Below the pieces are notes generated by a model that was not told the DNA's origin, searched no databases, and saw only the letters and a program-made list of their open reading frames with translations. Of a stretch of 64,000 nucleotides of DNA, positions 1 to 11,977 are shown one piece after another (position 1 is the stretch's first letter; the number at the start of each line of letters is the position of its first letter). Origin of the DNA: Cyanophyceae cyanobacterium (lineage in GTDB: Bacteria > Cyanobacteriota > Cyanobacteriia > Cyanobacteriales > JBHJGN01); NCBI GenBank assembly GCA_050331735.1, contig JBHJGN010000006.1:1-64000 (forward strand), read 5' to 3'. A program made the translations under genes and the position numbers.

Positions 1-140
1 CCGAAAGTAGTCAGATAGTTCCTTAAACTCACCAAGCATTGGAGGTTCAAGGGCAAAGAGCTGCTGTGCTTCCCTTTCCCCTTGACCCCTTCCCCTTTCC
101 CCCAACTCATCAAGTCTCCTATTACTTTTTCTAATTGGTA
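1..140 (-). mobile_element. MITE family A, copy 1 (truncated by window edge)
   Basis: Near-identical reverse complement of the copies at 35036, 37548 and 48289. Ends in AATTGGTA followed by TAA (141-143). Confidence 0.85.
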
Positions 141-193
141 TAACATCTGCCTTGAGAAAGGGTAGAGCCAATCAGTCACTTGAAGCAAATTCT

Positions 194-910
194 ATGCAAA
201 ATACAATTTCTTCCTCTCAAGCTCGGGTATGTCCCTCTGAACCAGCGATTGCCATGCAAAATTTGAATCACTATTTTGGTCAGGGCAATCTGCGGAAGCA
301 GATACTGTTTGACATTAATCTTGATATTCATGCGGGTGAAATTATCATTCTGACTGGACCTTCGGGTTCTGGCAAGACCACCCTGTTGACGTTGATGGGC
401 GGGTTACGCTCGGCGCAGGAAGGGAGTCTCAAGATTCTCGGGCAGGAAATGCGTCAAGCTTCTCAACAAACTCTCTTAGAAATTCGGTGCCAAATTGGCT
501 ATATTTTTCAAGCACACAACTTGATGACCTTTTTGACGGCAAAAGAGAATGTGAGGTTGTCGCTGGAGTTACACAAGCAGTATCTCGACCAGGACATGGA
601 TGCGATCGCTACAGAGATGCTTAAGGCGGTTGGACTGGAACACCGCGTGAATTATTACGCAGAGAGTTTATCGGGGGGACAGAAACAGCGAGTGGCGATC
701 GCGCGAGCTTTAGTTAGTCGTCCTCAGATTGTGCTGGCAGACGAGCCAACGGCGGCGCTAGACAGTAAATCCGGTCGAGATGTGGTCAAAATCATGCAGC
801 AGCTAGCGAAAGAACAACTCTGTACCATTGTGCTGGTCACCCACGACAACCGCATTCTGGATATTGGCGATCGCATTGTCTATCTGGAAGATGGACGAAT
901 TGTCCGTTAA
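194..910 (+). CDS. devA: DevA-type ABC exporter ATP-binding protein
   Basis: Walker A GPSGSGKT, signature LSGGQKQR, Walker B LADEPT. ATG at 194 preferred over TTG at 152. Confidence 0.85.
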   Translation: MQNTISSSQARVCPSEPAIAMQNLNHYFGQGNLRKQILFDINLDIHAGEIIILTGPSGSGKTTLLTLMGGLRSAQEGSLKILGQEMRQASQQTLLEIRCQIGYIFQAHNLMTFLTAKENVRLSLELHKQYLDQDMDAIATEMLKAVGLEHRVNYYAESLSGGQKQRVAIARALVSRPQIVLADEPTAALDSKSGRDVVKIMQQLAKEQLCTIVLVTHDNRILDIGDRIVYLEDGRIVR

Positions 911-1229
911 GGAGAAGACGAGGATTAGACACCCTGGAGGAGGCAGGCTAACTTTGACGTTAGACTGGAAAGCTGACGATTTCTTCGTCAAGTGGAAGTA
1001 ATCGGCAGAAGTTGAGGGTGAATAATTGTGTCTAAACCTAACTAACCACACCATTTAATTGAGCGCGAGGCATTGCTGATGAAAACTATGAAGTTGAAGT
1101 CTTGTCAGTATCTTGCCGCCTTAGAAGAACACCTAGAAGAGCTGAGAGCTAATTTTTGGCTTCTTATTCTAGATTGAATTCTGCTGAAGATACACGGTTG
1201 ACAGAACTTGGTGCTCAATCTTGCCATTT

Positions 1230-2327
<1,098 letters not shown>

Positions 2328-2447
2328 TCATGCTTAGGTGAGATAATTGTTGATTGTCATCTTTAAACGGGTTTAGTCTAGGCAATCGTTAGTCAATCAG
2401 AAATGCCCGTTTTATAAATACTTCCTTCTGCCTCCTGCCTCCCTTAC

Positions 2448-4565
2448 TCACTTCGCCATTAACACGACAGACGTGCGAGCTTTAACTTGGTAGGACCGAT
2501 TTTTAACCCCAGAAGCCGTTGCCAATTCGCTGAAGTCGTCTGGGGTTGGTAAAGAGGTATCAATGATGCGATACCAGCTTCGTCCTTGGGCTAGGGAGGG
2601 CAACTCGTAGGTTAAGGACTCCCAATAAGCATTTAACATAACGTGTAGGTACTCGTCAAAACGGGGATAGGCGAGAGTAAACGCGAGACAGCGAGAATCG
2701 TCGCTCCAGTCCGGCTCATCAAGCTTGACTCCATGCCAAACTAGGTAAGGAGATACTCCTTTGACGGTTGCTAGCGGTTGTTCTAGCTGAAATACCTCCA
2801 AGCCTTGGATAAACGCGATCGCCCCCTTGACAAACCGAAATAACCCCAGATTCGACTCGATGCTGCTCCAGTCAAACCAGCTCAGTTCGTTATTCTGACA
2901 ATAGGCATTGTTATTGCCTCTTTGAGTTCGTCTCACTTCATCTCCCATCAAGAGCATCGGCGTTCCCTGGGACATAAACAGCACTGTAAAAAAGTTTTTA
3001 ATTTGCTTGAGACGAAGCTTCTCTATTTCTGGGTCTGGTGTCGCGCCTTCCCTACCGCAGTTCCAGCTATGGTTGTCGTTCCCGCCATCGCGGTTATTCT
3101 CTCCATTGGCTTGATTATGTTTTTGGCTGTAGGAAACCAAATCGTTGAGCGTGAACCCATCGTGGCACGTCACAAAATTAATGCTGCGGTTGATGTCGGT
3201 ATCCGAGCGAAAATACATATCAGGACTTGCTAGAATTCGGGCTGCCAACCGACTCACCGTGCCTGAATCTCCTTTAATAAAGCGGCGGACATCATCCCGA
3301 AACGGACCGTTCCACTCGGTAAACCAATCTCCTAGATCTACAAAGCGACCCACGCCATAGAGTCCCGCCGCATCCCACGCTTCGGCAATCAGCTTCGTTC
3401 CCGCTAATACCGGGTCCGATTCGATGGCCCAGAGAATATTAGCCGTAACAATCGAAGTGTGCCACAGAGACGCCCCTGCCGCATCCCTCGCCAAAGTCGA
3501 AGCCAGGTCGAACCGGAATCCGTCAACGTGCATTTCCGTCACCCAATAGCGCAGACAGTCCAGAATTAAGCGACTGACGACGGGATGATTGGCTTTAAGA
3601 GTATTGCCGCAGCCACTATAGTTGTAATAATCGCCTGAGGACGATAGTAGATAGTAGGTCTGATTGTCCAAGCCGCGAAACGAAATCGTTGGACCGCTGT
3701 GATCGCCTTCGGCAGTGTGGTTAAAAACGACATCGAGAATAACTTCGATGCCTGCTTGATGAAGCGCTTTAACAAGATCGCGGAATTCATTCAAGGTTCC
3801 GAGAGGCTCGCCGCAGGAACTGTAGGCAGCATGGGGAGCAAAAAAGCCAAGGGTGCTGTAGCCCCAATAGTTTTGCAACCCGTCTGGCGCATCATCGACA
3901 TCGAAGGCGTGAATCGGGAGCAGTTCGACTGCCGTAATTCCCAACTGTTGCAGATAGGGGATTTTTTCGATCAGTCCGGCAAACGTGCCCCGCTTGGACT
4001 CGCTGACCCCGGAAGTGGGGTGACGGGTAAATCCCGCTACGTGCAGTTCATAAATCACGCTAGCGGCGTAGGGAGTGCGGGGATGGCGATCGCCTTCCCA
4101 GTCGTAATTGCTCGGATCGACGACGACCCCCCGTAAAGCACGATCACAGTTATCCCCTGGTTCCCTTGCCGCTTGGCGATTGTAGATGTTCTCGCCGGCG
4201 ATCGCCTTGGCATAGGGGTCGAGCAGTACTTTTGTGCCATCAAAACATAGACCTTTTTCTGGGGCGTACTCGCCGTAGGCACGATAGGCATAAACTTGCC
4301 CTGCGCCAATTCCCCGGATAAAGATGTGCCAGTAGTAGCAGCTACAGTGCCGCTGAGGGTCTAACGCGATCACCCTAGCAGGCTGAGGAGCTTCAGGATG
4401 ATCGAATAACAGAAGTTCGAGAGCCTGGGCGCGGGAGAAAATACAGAAGTTAACGCCATCTGGATAGACCGTTGCCCCCAAAGGAAAGCTTTGACCCGGT
4501 AGAAGAGTCCCTGTTTCTGTGTGCTTATTGTTGATAGGGGATTGAGTTGCCAACTTGTTCGACAT
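2448..4565 (-). CDS. glgX: Glycogen debranching enzyme (isoamylase, GH13)
   Basis: NYWGY, DVVFNH, DGFRFDLA and CHDGFTL motifs. ATG at 4565 with a GAGGA RBS. Confidence 0.93.
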   Translation of the reverse strand: MSNKLATQSPINNKHTETGTLLPGQSFPLGATVYPDGVNFCIFSRAQALELLLFDHPEAPQPARVIALDPQRHCSCYYWHIFIRGIGAGQVYAYRAYGEYAPEKGLCFDGTKVLLDPYAKAIAGENIYNRQAAREPGDNCDRALRGVVVDPSNYDWEGDRHPRTPYAASVIYELHVAGFTRHPTSGVSESKRGTFAGLIEKIPYLQQLGITAVELLPIHAFDVDDAPDGLQNYWGYSTLGFFAPHAAYSSCGEPLGTLNEFRDLVKALHQAGIEVILDVVFNHTAEGDHSGPTISFRGLDNQTYYLLSSSGDYYNYSGCGNTLKANHPVVSRLILDCLRYWVTEMHVDGFRFDLASTLARDAAGASLWHTSIVTANILWAIESDPVLAGTKLIAEAWDAAGLYGVGRFVDLGDWFTEWNGPFRDDVRRFIKGDSGTVSRLAARILASPDMYFRSDTDINRSINFVTCHDGFTLNDLVSYSQKHNQANGENNRDGGNDNHSWNCGREGATPDPEIEKLRLKQIKNFFTVLFMSQGTPMLLMGDEVRRTQRGNNNAYCQNNELSWFDWSSIESNLGLFRFVKGAIAFIQGLEVFQLEQPLATVKGVSPYLVWHGVKLDEPDWSDDSRCLAFTLAYPRFDEYLHVMLNAYWESLTYELPSLAQGRSWYRIIDTSLPTPDDFSELATASGVKNRSYQVKARTSVVLMAK

Positions 4566-4582
4566 TGTTCCTCGGCTAATCT

Positions 4583-4626
4583 GCAAAGAACAAAGGACTT
4601 AACGATTCAAGACCTTTGTTCTTTGC
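4583..4626. terminator. 14-bp perfect inverted repeat between xfp and glgX (terminator or mRNA-stabilising hairpin)
   Basis: GCAAAGAACAAAGG (4583-4596) pairs with CCTTTGTTCTTTGC (4613-4626). Confidence 0.55.
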
Positions 4627-4638
4627 GTTGGTGACTAA

Positions 4639-7047
4639 TTAATAGGGCCACTGCCAGTTAACGACCTCTGAGCGATCCATCCCTTCGGAGTGAGCGTAGG
4701 CCAAGTTGTTGATAATCTCATTGCGCATTCGTTCTCTAACATAAGCAGCACGGGAACCCAGTTGCGGAACGCGCTCAATCACGTCGATGACGAGGTTAAA
4801 GCGGTCAATCTGATTGAGAATCGCCAACTCCAGCGGCGTATTGATGTTGCCCTGTTCCTTGTACCCGCGCACGTGAATCCGTTCTTGATTGGTTCGACGG
4901 TAGGCGAGTTTGTGAATCAGCCAAGGATAGCCGTGGAAGTTAAAGATAATTGGCTTATCGGCAGTGAACAAAATATCAAATTCTTTGTTGGATAAGCCGT
5001 GGGGATGTTCGGTTTCGGTTTGTAGTTTATACAAATCGACGACGTTGATAAAGCGAACCTTGAGGTCAGGAAACTCTTCGCGCAGAATGGCCGTCGCCGC
5101 TAACGATTCCATTGTGGGAATGTCGCCGCAGCAGGCCATCACGACGTCTGGCTCATCGGGTTCTTTGCCGCAGTCGTCGTTACTGGCCCACTCCCAAATC
5201 CCGATGCCTTTGGTGCAGTGTAGGATCGCCTCTTCCATCGTTAGGTATTGCAGGTGCTTCTGCTTGTCGGAAACAATCACGTTGACGTAATTTTTACTGC
5301 GCAGACAGTGGTCGGCTACCGACAGTAAACAGTTAGCATCGGGGGGAAAATAAACGCGGGTGACATCCGCACTCTTATTGGTAACGAGATCGACGAAGCC
5401 GGGGTCTTGGTGGGAAAACCCATTGTGGTCCTGTCGCCACACCAGCGAGGAGAGCATAATATTGAGCGAAGAAACGGAAGCTCGCCAGGAGACATGATTT
5501 TTGCAGATATCCAGCCATTTAGCATGCTGGTTGAACATGGAGTCGATGACGTGGACAAAGGCTTCGTAGGTGTGGAAGAAGCCGTGTTTTCCGGTGAGCA
5601 GATACCCTTCGAGCCATCCTTCAAGGGTGTGTTCGCTCAACATCTCCATCACCCGACCGTTGGGGGCTAGCAGGCTGCCGTCTTCATCTTCGGGGAGGTA
5701 GTCGGCGAGCCAGGTTTTTTTGGTGGCTTCGTAGATGGCAGACAGGCGATTGGAGGCGGTTTCATCGGGACCAAACACGCGGAACGTGGTCATGTTGTTT
5801 TTCATCACGTCCCGTAAGAACTTGCCGAGAACTCCAGTATTTTCGACCTGTACTGTGCCCGGTCGCTCCATCTCCACGGCGTAGTCGCGGAAGTCGGGGA
5901 GCTTGAGATCTCTGCGGAGTACGCCACCGTTAGCGGCGGGGTTGGCGCTCATGCGGCGATCGCCTTCTGGAGCGAGTGCTTTCAGTTCGGGGATCAGGGT
6001 ACCATTTTCATCAAAGAGTTCTTCTGGCTTATACCCTTTCATCCACTCTTCTAAAAGCTTGACGTGTTCCGGGTTAGAGTGCATACCGCCCATGGGAACT
6101 TGGTGCGCTCTCCAGAAACCTTCGACTTTATGACCGTCCACGTCTTTGGGGCCGGTCCAGCCTTTAGGAGTCCGCAGGATAATCATCGGCCAGCGGGGAC
6201 GGAACGCTTTGTTTTGGCTGCGGGCCTCCTGCTGAATTTCTCGAATTTTAACGATGCACTCTTCCATGGTGGCTGCCATTTTCTGGTGCATGAGTTCGGG
6301 GTCTGACCCCTCGACAACGTAGGGGGTATAGCCGTAGCCTTTGAAGAGGTCGGTGAGTTCTTCTGGGCTAATGCGAGAGAGGATGGTGGGATTAGCGATT
6401 TTGTAGCCGTTGAGATTAAGAATTGGTAAGACCGCTCCATCGCAGATGGGATTGAGAAATTTGTTGGAGTGCCAGGCGGTCGCCAAGGGTCCAGTTTCTG
6501 CTTCTCCATCCCCGACGACGCAGGCCGCAATGAGATCGGGATTGTCGTAAACGGCACCGAAAGCGTGGGAAACACTGTAGCCTAATTCGCCTCCTTCGTG
6601 GATCGAACCGGGAGTTTCCGGCGTACAGTGACTGCCGATATGACCGGGGAACGAAAACTGCTTGAAGAATTTCTGCATTCCCTCGCTGTCTTCGCTTTTA
6701 TCGGGGTAAATCTCTGAATAGGTTCCTTCTAGATAAACAGGACCGAGAACTCCAGGCGCACCGTGTCCGGGACCAGCAATATAAATGGCGCTGAGGTCGT
6801 ACTTTTTGATGAGGCGGTTGAGATGAACGTATGCGAAGCTTAGAGCAGGAGAAGACCCCCAGTGGCCGAGTAACCGTTGTTTGATATGTTCTGCTTTCAA
6901 GGGCTCCTTGAGCAGAGGATTGTCCCTGAGATAGATCATGCCGACGGCAAGATAGTTGCAGGCACGCCAGTAAGCATGAATTTTGCGGAGTTCTTCGGTA
7001 GTTAATACTTCTGCTGATGCGGGGCTAGCAATGGGCGTTGTAACCAT
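4639..7047 (-). CDS. xfp: Xylulose-5-P/fructose-6-P phosphoketolase
   Basis: [12 protein letters not shown], ThDP motif [17 protein letters not shown]; 802 aa. Confidence 0.95.
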   Translation of the reverse strand: MVTTPIASPASAEVLTTEELRKIHAYWRACNYLAVGMIYLRDNPLLKEPLKAEHIKQRLLGHWGSSPALSFAYVHLNRLIKKYDLSAIYIAGPGHGAPGVLGPVYLEGTYSEIYPDKSEDSEGMQKFFKQFSFPGHIGSHCTPETPGSIHEGGELGYSVSHAFGAVYDNPDLIAACVVGDGEAETGPLATAWHSNKFLNPICDGAVLPILNLNGYKIANPTILSRISPEELTDLFKGYGYTPYVVEGSDPELMHQKMAATMEECIVKIREIQQEARSQNKAFRPRWPMIILRTPKGWTGPKDVDGHKVEGFWRAHQVPMGGMHSNPEHVKLLEEWMKGYKPEELFDENGTLIPELKALAPEGDRRMSANPAANGGVLRRDLKLPDFRDYAVEMERPGTVQVENTGVLGKFLRDVMKNNMTTFRVFGPDETASNRLSAIYEATKKTWLADYLPEDEDGSLLAPNGRVMEMLSEHTLEGWLEGYLLTGKHGFFHTYEAFVHVIDSMFNQHAKWLDICKNHVSWRASVSSLNIMLSSLVWRQDHNGFSHQDPGFVDLVTNKSADVTRVYFPPDANCLLSVADHCLRSKNYVNVIVSDKQKHLQYLTMEEAILHCTKGIGIWEWASNDDCGKEPDEPDVVMACCGDIPTMESLAATAILREEFPDLKVRFINVVDLYKLQTETEHPHGLSNKEFDILFTADKPIIFNFHGYPWLIHKLAYRRTNQERIHVRGYKEQGNINTPLELAILNQIDRFNLVIDVIERVPQLGSRAAYVRERMRNEIINNLAYAHSEGMDRSEVVNWQWPY

Positions 7048-7426
7048 AATCTTTTGGTTGGAAATTAGATAATTTGTAGCAGCAATGGAAAGTTATTCTA
7101 ACTGCGCCTTGGAAGTTTTTGTTACTCAACCTTATTAAACCAAAAGTTATCAAATCATAAAGCAACAATTGTTACGGATCGTTAAACACAGTGCCGAGAT
7201 AAAATAATCAATTGAATTTGATATTTGCAATAGCTTCAAAAGCCTACAAGCTTCGGCCTGTGGATGAAGGAGGCATCTGATCGAAATCTTTGGCTTTTTC
7301 TAGCAATGATTTTGGATTTGCTTTTGTCAAGATGTACTCATTCAAGAAAACTTATCCAAACCATTGTTTTTCTTTATAGGTTCAGAAAAGATTAAGCTTT
7401 AGATAACACGGTTATTAACTGATAAA

Positions 7427-9034
7427 CTATGCCTCTATCTCTAGTATTTTCTGGAGCTTAATGCGATCATTGAGCTTAGCCGAAAAACGACCATTTTCTA
7501 AATCTCGTATCCAGCTTTGGCTTTTACCGAGCTGTTGCGCTAGCTTCCTCTGGCTAAGCCCAAGACGTTTTCTAGCATTCAAAATCTGTTCTGCGCTTAG
7601 TGGAGAGGCATTTTGAGTCCGATTCTTCGGACGAGATTTTTGTTGTTTTTTGCTTTCCCACCGCGACAATTGTTCGTCCCATTCAGGCGGTAATTGAAAC
7701 TGAAGGATGCGAGCCTTCATGAGCAGGTTCCATTTTCCAGGAGGCGCTGAATCGGTGATGCTATTGTCATTGCACCCATCGTTGATCCAAAATTCCATTG
7801 CTTCTTCGGCATCGTCGGGAATATCGGCTAACCTGGCCCACAGAGGCTGAATTTCGGTGGGGTAGGTCACCGGATCGAACACCGGTTTAATGCCGTACTC
7901 CTGAAGAGTTTCTAGGTCACTTTCAAATCGGCGTAGTAGTCGCTTGCGCTGTTCTTGGTTATAGGAGGCTTGTCTGACTTTTTCCTCTCCATAGGCAACA
8001 TACATTAATCTCGGAACAGTAATGCGCTGTTCTCTCCCCATCTTAGTTTTAAACAGAAGCCACAGCATCATGCGCACCGTTCCTTCATGCTGATGCCAAA
8101 TCGTCATCACTGTCGAGAGCATAAATTTGGGCAGCGTACCGTACTGATAAAACGCGACGTTTTTTTTGTATCCTTGTTTGTTCAGAAAATACTCGGCCCA
8201 GGCTCCAGCCCTCAGTCTAAAGGTCATACCCACCAAATGTTTATATCCTTGGGAATCTTCCTGGAAGTGATTATCAATGGTGATTAAATGCCAGATCCGA
8301 TCTTGGGGGACAGAAAATGATTTGATTCTGCCCTGTTGAGGCCAGTTAATAGCAGTAAGGAGTTTGCAAGGTTGCTGCACTAAGGTTTTAATGAGGGTTA
8401 GCTTGGTCGCTTTGCTGAGGTCTTTGCGTTTATCCAACCCCAGGTAGGTTTCAAGTTGCTTATTATCAAGGGCAAACTCCTGTTCCCACGGTCGTTCTAT
8501 CGTCACCACGTAGGCGGCAAAAATGAGATGCATGCAGGCCGCGCGGATATCCATGACTTCGATAGTGGGTTCAGCATCTGTTGCACTCAGCGTTTGAGGA
8601 GTCACTGAATCAACATCGTCTGTCAGCCGAAACTCAAGCTTCCCTTTGCCCTGTTTGACCGGACGCTCGTGATAAAGCTTGCCTTGGTCGTCGGTTTGCC
8701 ACGGCACGACCGATCCCTTGGCAAGGATGTTGCAGGCTTCCCAAATTACCATTGAAGAGGCAATCGGATTATTTTTACCGTTAGGAAAAAGACTGTGAGT
8801 CGTCAATACTCTGGGTTCAGCTTTGTATCTTCCTTTCTTTGCCGGTAGCGGCAGCGGTAAACTATCAGGACAGCTCTTCACGCAAAGAGGATTGCCATGG
8901 CCGTCTTCACAGTTGTTGCAGAGTCCTGGTTCTACCCAATGCTCGTCGTTGTTATCTATTTGAATTGCACCAGTGGGGCATTCGGGTAAACAAATACCGC
9001 AGTGTATGCAGTTTTGAGGAATTGTATAAGGCAT
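7427..9034 (-). CDS. cnfR: CnfR/PatB, nitrogen-fixation master transcriptional activator
   Basis: N-terminal ferredoxin motifs CIHCGICLPECP and CNNC...CVKSCP, C-terminal XRE-type HTH (LSQRKLAQQLGKSQSWIRDLE). The 535-aa architecture is that of PatB/CnfR. Confidence 0.9.
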   Translation of the reverse strand: MPYTIPQNCIHCGICLPECPTGAIQIDNNDEHWVEPGLCNNCEDGHGNPLCVKSCPDSLPLPLPAKKGRYKAEPRVLTTHSLFPNGKNNPIASSMVIWEACNILAKGSVVPWQTDDQGKLYHERPVKQGKGKLEFRLTDDVDSVTPQTLSATDAEPTIEVMDIRAACMHLIFAAYVVTIERPWEQEFALDNKQLETYLGLDKRKDLSKATKLTLIKTLVQQPCKLLTAINWPQQGRIKSFSVPQDRIWHLITIDNHFQEDSQGYKHLVGMTFRLRAGAWAEYFLNKQGYKKNVAFYQYGTLPKFMLSTVMTIWHQHEGTVRMMLWLLFKTKMGREQRITVPRLMYVAYGEEKVRQASYNQEQRKRLLRRFESDLETLQEYGIKPVFDPVTYPTEIQPLWARLADIPDDAEEAMEFWINDGCNDNSITDSAPPGKWNLLMKARILQFQLPPEWDEQLSRWESKKQQKSRPKNRTQNASPLSAEQILNARKRLGLSQRKLAQQLGKSQSWIRDLENGRFSAKLNDRIKLQKILEIEA

Positions 9035-9099
9035 GGCAATCTCTTTTCAACTATTCCGTGAACAAAACCCAATGAGGCTATCAGGCAATAAATCAATTG

Positions 9100-9113
9100 G
9101 TAACAAATTTTAC
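9100..9113. promoter_or_regulatory. NtcA-type box upstream of cnfR
   Basis: GTA-ACAAATTT-TAC, a perfect GTA-N8-TAC about 66 nt upstream of the cnfR ATG. Confidence 0.65.
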
Positions 9114-9425
9114 AGATTTAAAACCTTGATTAAAATCAGGAAAAACAAGCAGCAAAATAACTGTATAAAATACAACATTCTATTATTTTTCTACTTTTTG
9201 TTATGCAGGCAAGTCTATCTACCTTAAGTAACTTGACTATAGATACTGACAGAAATGCAGTTAAGTTTTTGTTAAATATGATATTTTTTGTTGACGAATT
9301 GAAAAAATTAACAATTGCTTTACATTTATTTTTTTTGTTTGATTAGCAGCAATAAAACCACTGCTATAGCTTGAACAAGGAGGCGTTAAAGCCAGCAATA
9401 AACAATTTTCAAGAAAAAGCCAAAC

Positions 9426-9455
9426 TAACGTCAAATTAAAGTTAGTTTGGCACCA
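9426..9455. promoter_or_regulatory. Phased operator triplet 1 (TRRYRYYA x3, 11-bp period)
   Basis: TAACGTCA-aat-TAAAGTTA-gtt-TGGCACCA. Overlaps the inverted repeat GCCAAACTAAC/GTTAGTTTGGC (9419-9451). Confidence 0.55.
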
Positions 9456-9510
9456 AATAAATTGAATTTGAAACTTTCAAATTCTAGTAATAGATTAGCT
9501 TGAGCTGTAA

Positions 9511-9717
9511 TCAGCAAAAATCGCGGCTAGGACAATCTCTACAGTTCGAAACTAGATTATTCTCGTTCTTGCTGACTTCAATGAGATTTTTCGGGTGTGG
9601 ATTCCACTCCCGGATGAGCTGTCTGACTACATCATTCATTGATATTTTAAGCTCTTCGCAATAGGCTTTGAGCTTCAAATATTCCGTCTCTGTTAATCTT
9701 AAACTAAACCTTTTCAT
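9511..9717 (-). CDS. Small ribbon-helix-helix (CopG/Arc/MetJ-like) DNA-binding protein
   Basis: Beta strand KRFSLRL, helix 1, then ISMNDVVRQLIREW: the typical RHH pattern. Confidence 0.75.
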   Translation of the reverse strand: MKRFSLRLTETEYLKLKAYCEELKISMNDVVRQLIREWNPHPKNLIEVSKNENNLVSNCRDCPSRDFC

Positions 9718-9746
9718 GGCATTAAAATGGCATCATGCTGACGTTA
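9717..9746. promoter_or_regulatory. Phased operator triplet 2, abutting the RHH start codon
   Basis: TGGCATTA-aaa-TGGCATCA-tgc-TGACGTTA. Confidence 0.65.
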
Positions 9747-9779
9747 ACAACTATTGACAAAGGTTGCTCTATTTCTGAA

Positions 9780-9811
9780 TAGCGCCATTTTGACACCAAA
9801 ATGGTGTCAAA
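9780..9811. promoter_or_regulatory. Phased operator triplet 3, including a perfect 10-bp inverted repeat
   Basis: TAGCGCCA-ttt-TGACACCA-aaa-TGGTGTCA. Inverted repeat TTTGACACCA/TGGTGTCAAA at 9789-9811. Confidence 0.7.
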
Positions 9812-10096
9812 GGTTTTCTAGGGCTAAAATATTGAGAATTTATTCCGTAGACATAAGTTGTTAATTCTGTTATATCATCTCTTTTGAAATAGACTTAAAA
9901 CAATCAAGTACATTGGTATTTATCTATATTTATTGGGATGTACTCAAGCTCTACACCCGTTAATCTAGAAGCCTAGAGTATCGAAACTAGATAGAGAGAT
10001 AGGTATTTTGAGGTAAGGAGATAAGATTTTCACGTGTAAGAGACGAGTATTCTTTTGTCCTTCGTCATTGGTCTTTAGCGTGGCGACGGCATCAAG

Positions 10097-10134
10097 AAGC
10101 GATCGCCAGCTACAGATAGCAACAGCGATCGCTT
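10097..10134. terminator. Hairpin downstream of hcp built from two HIP1 sites
   Basis: AAGCGATCGC...GCTA-CAGA-TAGC...GCGATCGCTT. Confidence 0.4.
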
Positions 10135-10162
10135 TTAATTGATGGTGTCCCGAATGACCAGA

Positions 10163-11803
10163 CTATGCCAAACAAGCCGCTAAATCGGCATCAGGAGTCG
10201 TGATGGGCTGGAGATTATACTTCTCAGACAATAGTTGCAGGACGTTTGCCGAGAGAAACGCCGGCAGGGTCGGTCCGAGGCGGATGTCTTTAATGCCCAG
10301 ATGCAGGAGGGTGAGGAGAATGGCAACGGCCTTTTGCTCGTACCAGGAGAGAATCATTGATAGGGGGATCTCGTTCACTCCTACTTCAAAGGCATTAGCA
10401 AGGGCGATCGCAATTTGAATCGCGGAGTAGGCATCGTTGCACTGACCCACATCTAGTAAGCGCGGAATCCCCCCAATATCGCCCATCTCCTTGTCAAAGA
10501 AGCGGAATTTCCCGCAGGCAAGAGTCAAAACAACGCAATCATCGGGAACGCGGTCTACAAATTCCTGGTAGTAATTGCGATCCGGTTTCGCCCCATCGCA
10601 GCCACCTACCAGGAAGAAGTGGCGGATCTTTCCCTGCTTGACAGCATCAATCACGCGGTCAGCCACGCCTAAAACTGCATTGCGGGCAAAACCAGTGGTG
10701 ACCTGTCGATACTCGGTTTCGGCGGTAAATCCCGGTAGGGCTTGGGCTTTTTCAATTACAGGAGTAAAGTCTACCCTACCATCATCAGCGGGAAGATAAT
10801 TCAGTCCGGCATAGCCGACAGGACCGAGGGTAAACAGCTTCTCTTCATAGTGTTCGTGGGGAGGCATCAGGCAGTTGGTGGTGACCACCACCGCACCCGG
10901 AAATTTGGCAAAGTCTTTGGTCTGGTTTTGCCAAGCCGTCCCAAAATGCCCGTAGAAATGAGGATAACGTTTAAGTTTGGGATAACCATGAGCCGGCAGT
11001 AACTCGCCGTGAGTATAAACGGTAATGCCCGTGTCAACCGTTTGTTGGAGGATGGCCTCTAGCTGCTTGATATCGTGTCCGGAGACGAGGATCGCTTTAC
11101 CGGGTTTGACGTTTAGAGGCACAGGAGTTGGGACAGGATGACCGTAAGTACCCGTATGTCCGGCATCAATTAACTCCATTGCCCGCAGGTTGATTTTACC
11201 GATTTCCAAAGCTAAATCAACCCACTCTTCTAAACTCACCGTTTGACTATCGATCGAGGCGAGAACGTGCTGCACGAACTGATAAACCGTGTCGTCTTCC
11301 TGTCCTAGTTCGTAAGCGTGGAACGCATAGGAAGCCGCCCCTTTAATACCGTAGAGGGCAGTCAGCTTCAGGGAAAAGATATCGACATTGGACTCGGTGT
11401 TGCCAATCAACTCTAAATTCTGATGAAGTCCCTGTTCGACCAGGCTTTCGCTGTAGTCTGGCTCATCGTTAGAGATGGGCAGCCAGGTGATGGCAGCATC
11501 CTGTCGCTGGATCTGAGCCTTTAACCCTTCTCGCAGGGCGATCGCTCGTTTGATATATTGAGTAAACCGTTTGGAATCGAAATTAACGTTGGTCATCGTT
11601 GCGAACAGAGATTCGCAGGTAAACCGATCGACCTCTCTTGTCTCGATCCCGACTTCTTTGGCCCGCAGGACCACCGGGGCGAGTCCGCGCAGGTAATAGA
11701 CGAGTAAATCCTGAACAGCATTGACTTGAGGACTTTTACCACAAGCCCCCCATTGATGGCAACCGTTACCGCTAGCGGTTTGCTCGCATTGTTCGCAAAA
11801 CAT
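10163..11803 (-). CDS. hcp: Hybrid cluster protein (hydroxylamine/NO reductase)
   Basis: MFCEQCEQT...C...GACGK N-terminus, SGHD, GGCDG, GQCNDAY, WYEQKA. Confidence 0.95.
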   Translation of the reverse strand: MFCEQCEQTASGNGCHQWGACGKSPQVNAVQDLLVYYLRGLAPVVLRAKEVGIETREVDRFTCESLFATMTNVNFDSKRFTQYIKRAIALREGLKAQIQRQDAAITWLPISNDEPDYSESLVEQGLHQNLELIGNTESNVDIFSLKLTALYGIKGAASYAFHAYELGQEDDTVYQFVQHVLASIDSQTVSLEEWVDLALEIGKINLRAMELIDAGHTGTYGHPVPTPVPLNVKPGKAILVSGHDIKQLEAILQQTVDTGITVYTHGELLPAHGYPKLKRYPHFYGHFGTAWQNQTKDFAKFPGAVVVTTNCLMPPHEHYEEKLFTLGPVGYAGLNYLPADDGRVDFTPVIEKAQALPGFTAETEYRQVTTGFARNAVLGVADRVIDAVKQGKIRHFFLVGGCDGAKPDRNYYQEFVDRVPDDCVVLTLACGKFRFFDKEMGDIGGIPRLLDVGQCNDAYSAIQIAIALANAFEVGVNEIPLSMILSWYEQKAVAILLTLLHLGIKDIRLGPTLPAFLSANVLQLLSEKYNLQPITTPDADLAACLA

Positions 11804-11977
11804 TGTTGTCTCCTCTACTAATCAGTCTGCTCTTAACTGAATACTTTAACTCTGACATCAAGTTGGAGTCCCGTCTTTGAGGTAGCTCATATTGAGGGAT
11901 AAACTTTTGTTGAGAAGGCAGGGAGCAGGAGGCAGGGGTTGGTCTACAAAATGATCTGATCATCCTCTTTCTGTATC

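Noticed and set aside
7162..7175. GTA-N8-TGC (minus strand) upstream of xfp as an NtcA site
   Set aside because: One mismatch and no properly spaced -10 element; too weak alone.
11951..11963. ATGAT-CTG-ATCAT as an FNR box
   Set aside because: The spacer is 3 nt rather than 4 and the outer bases differ from TTGAT-N4-ATCAA.
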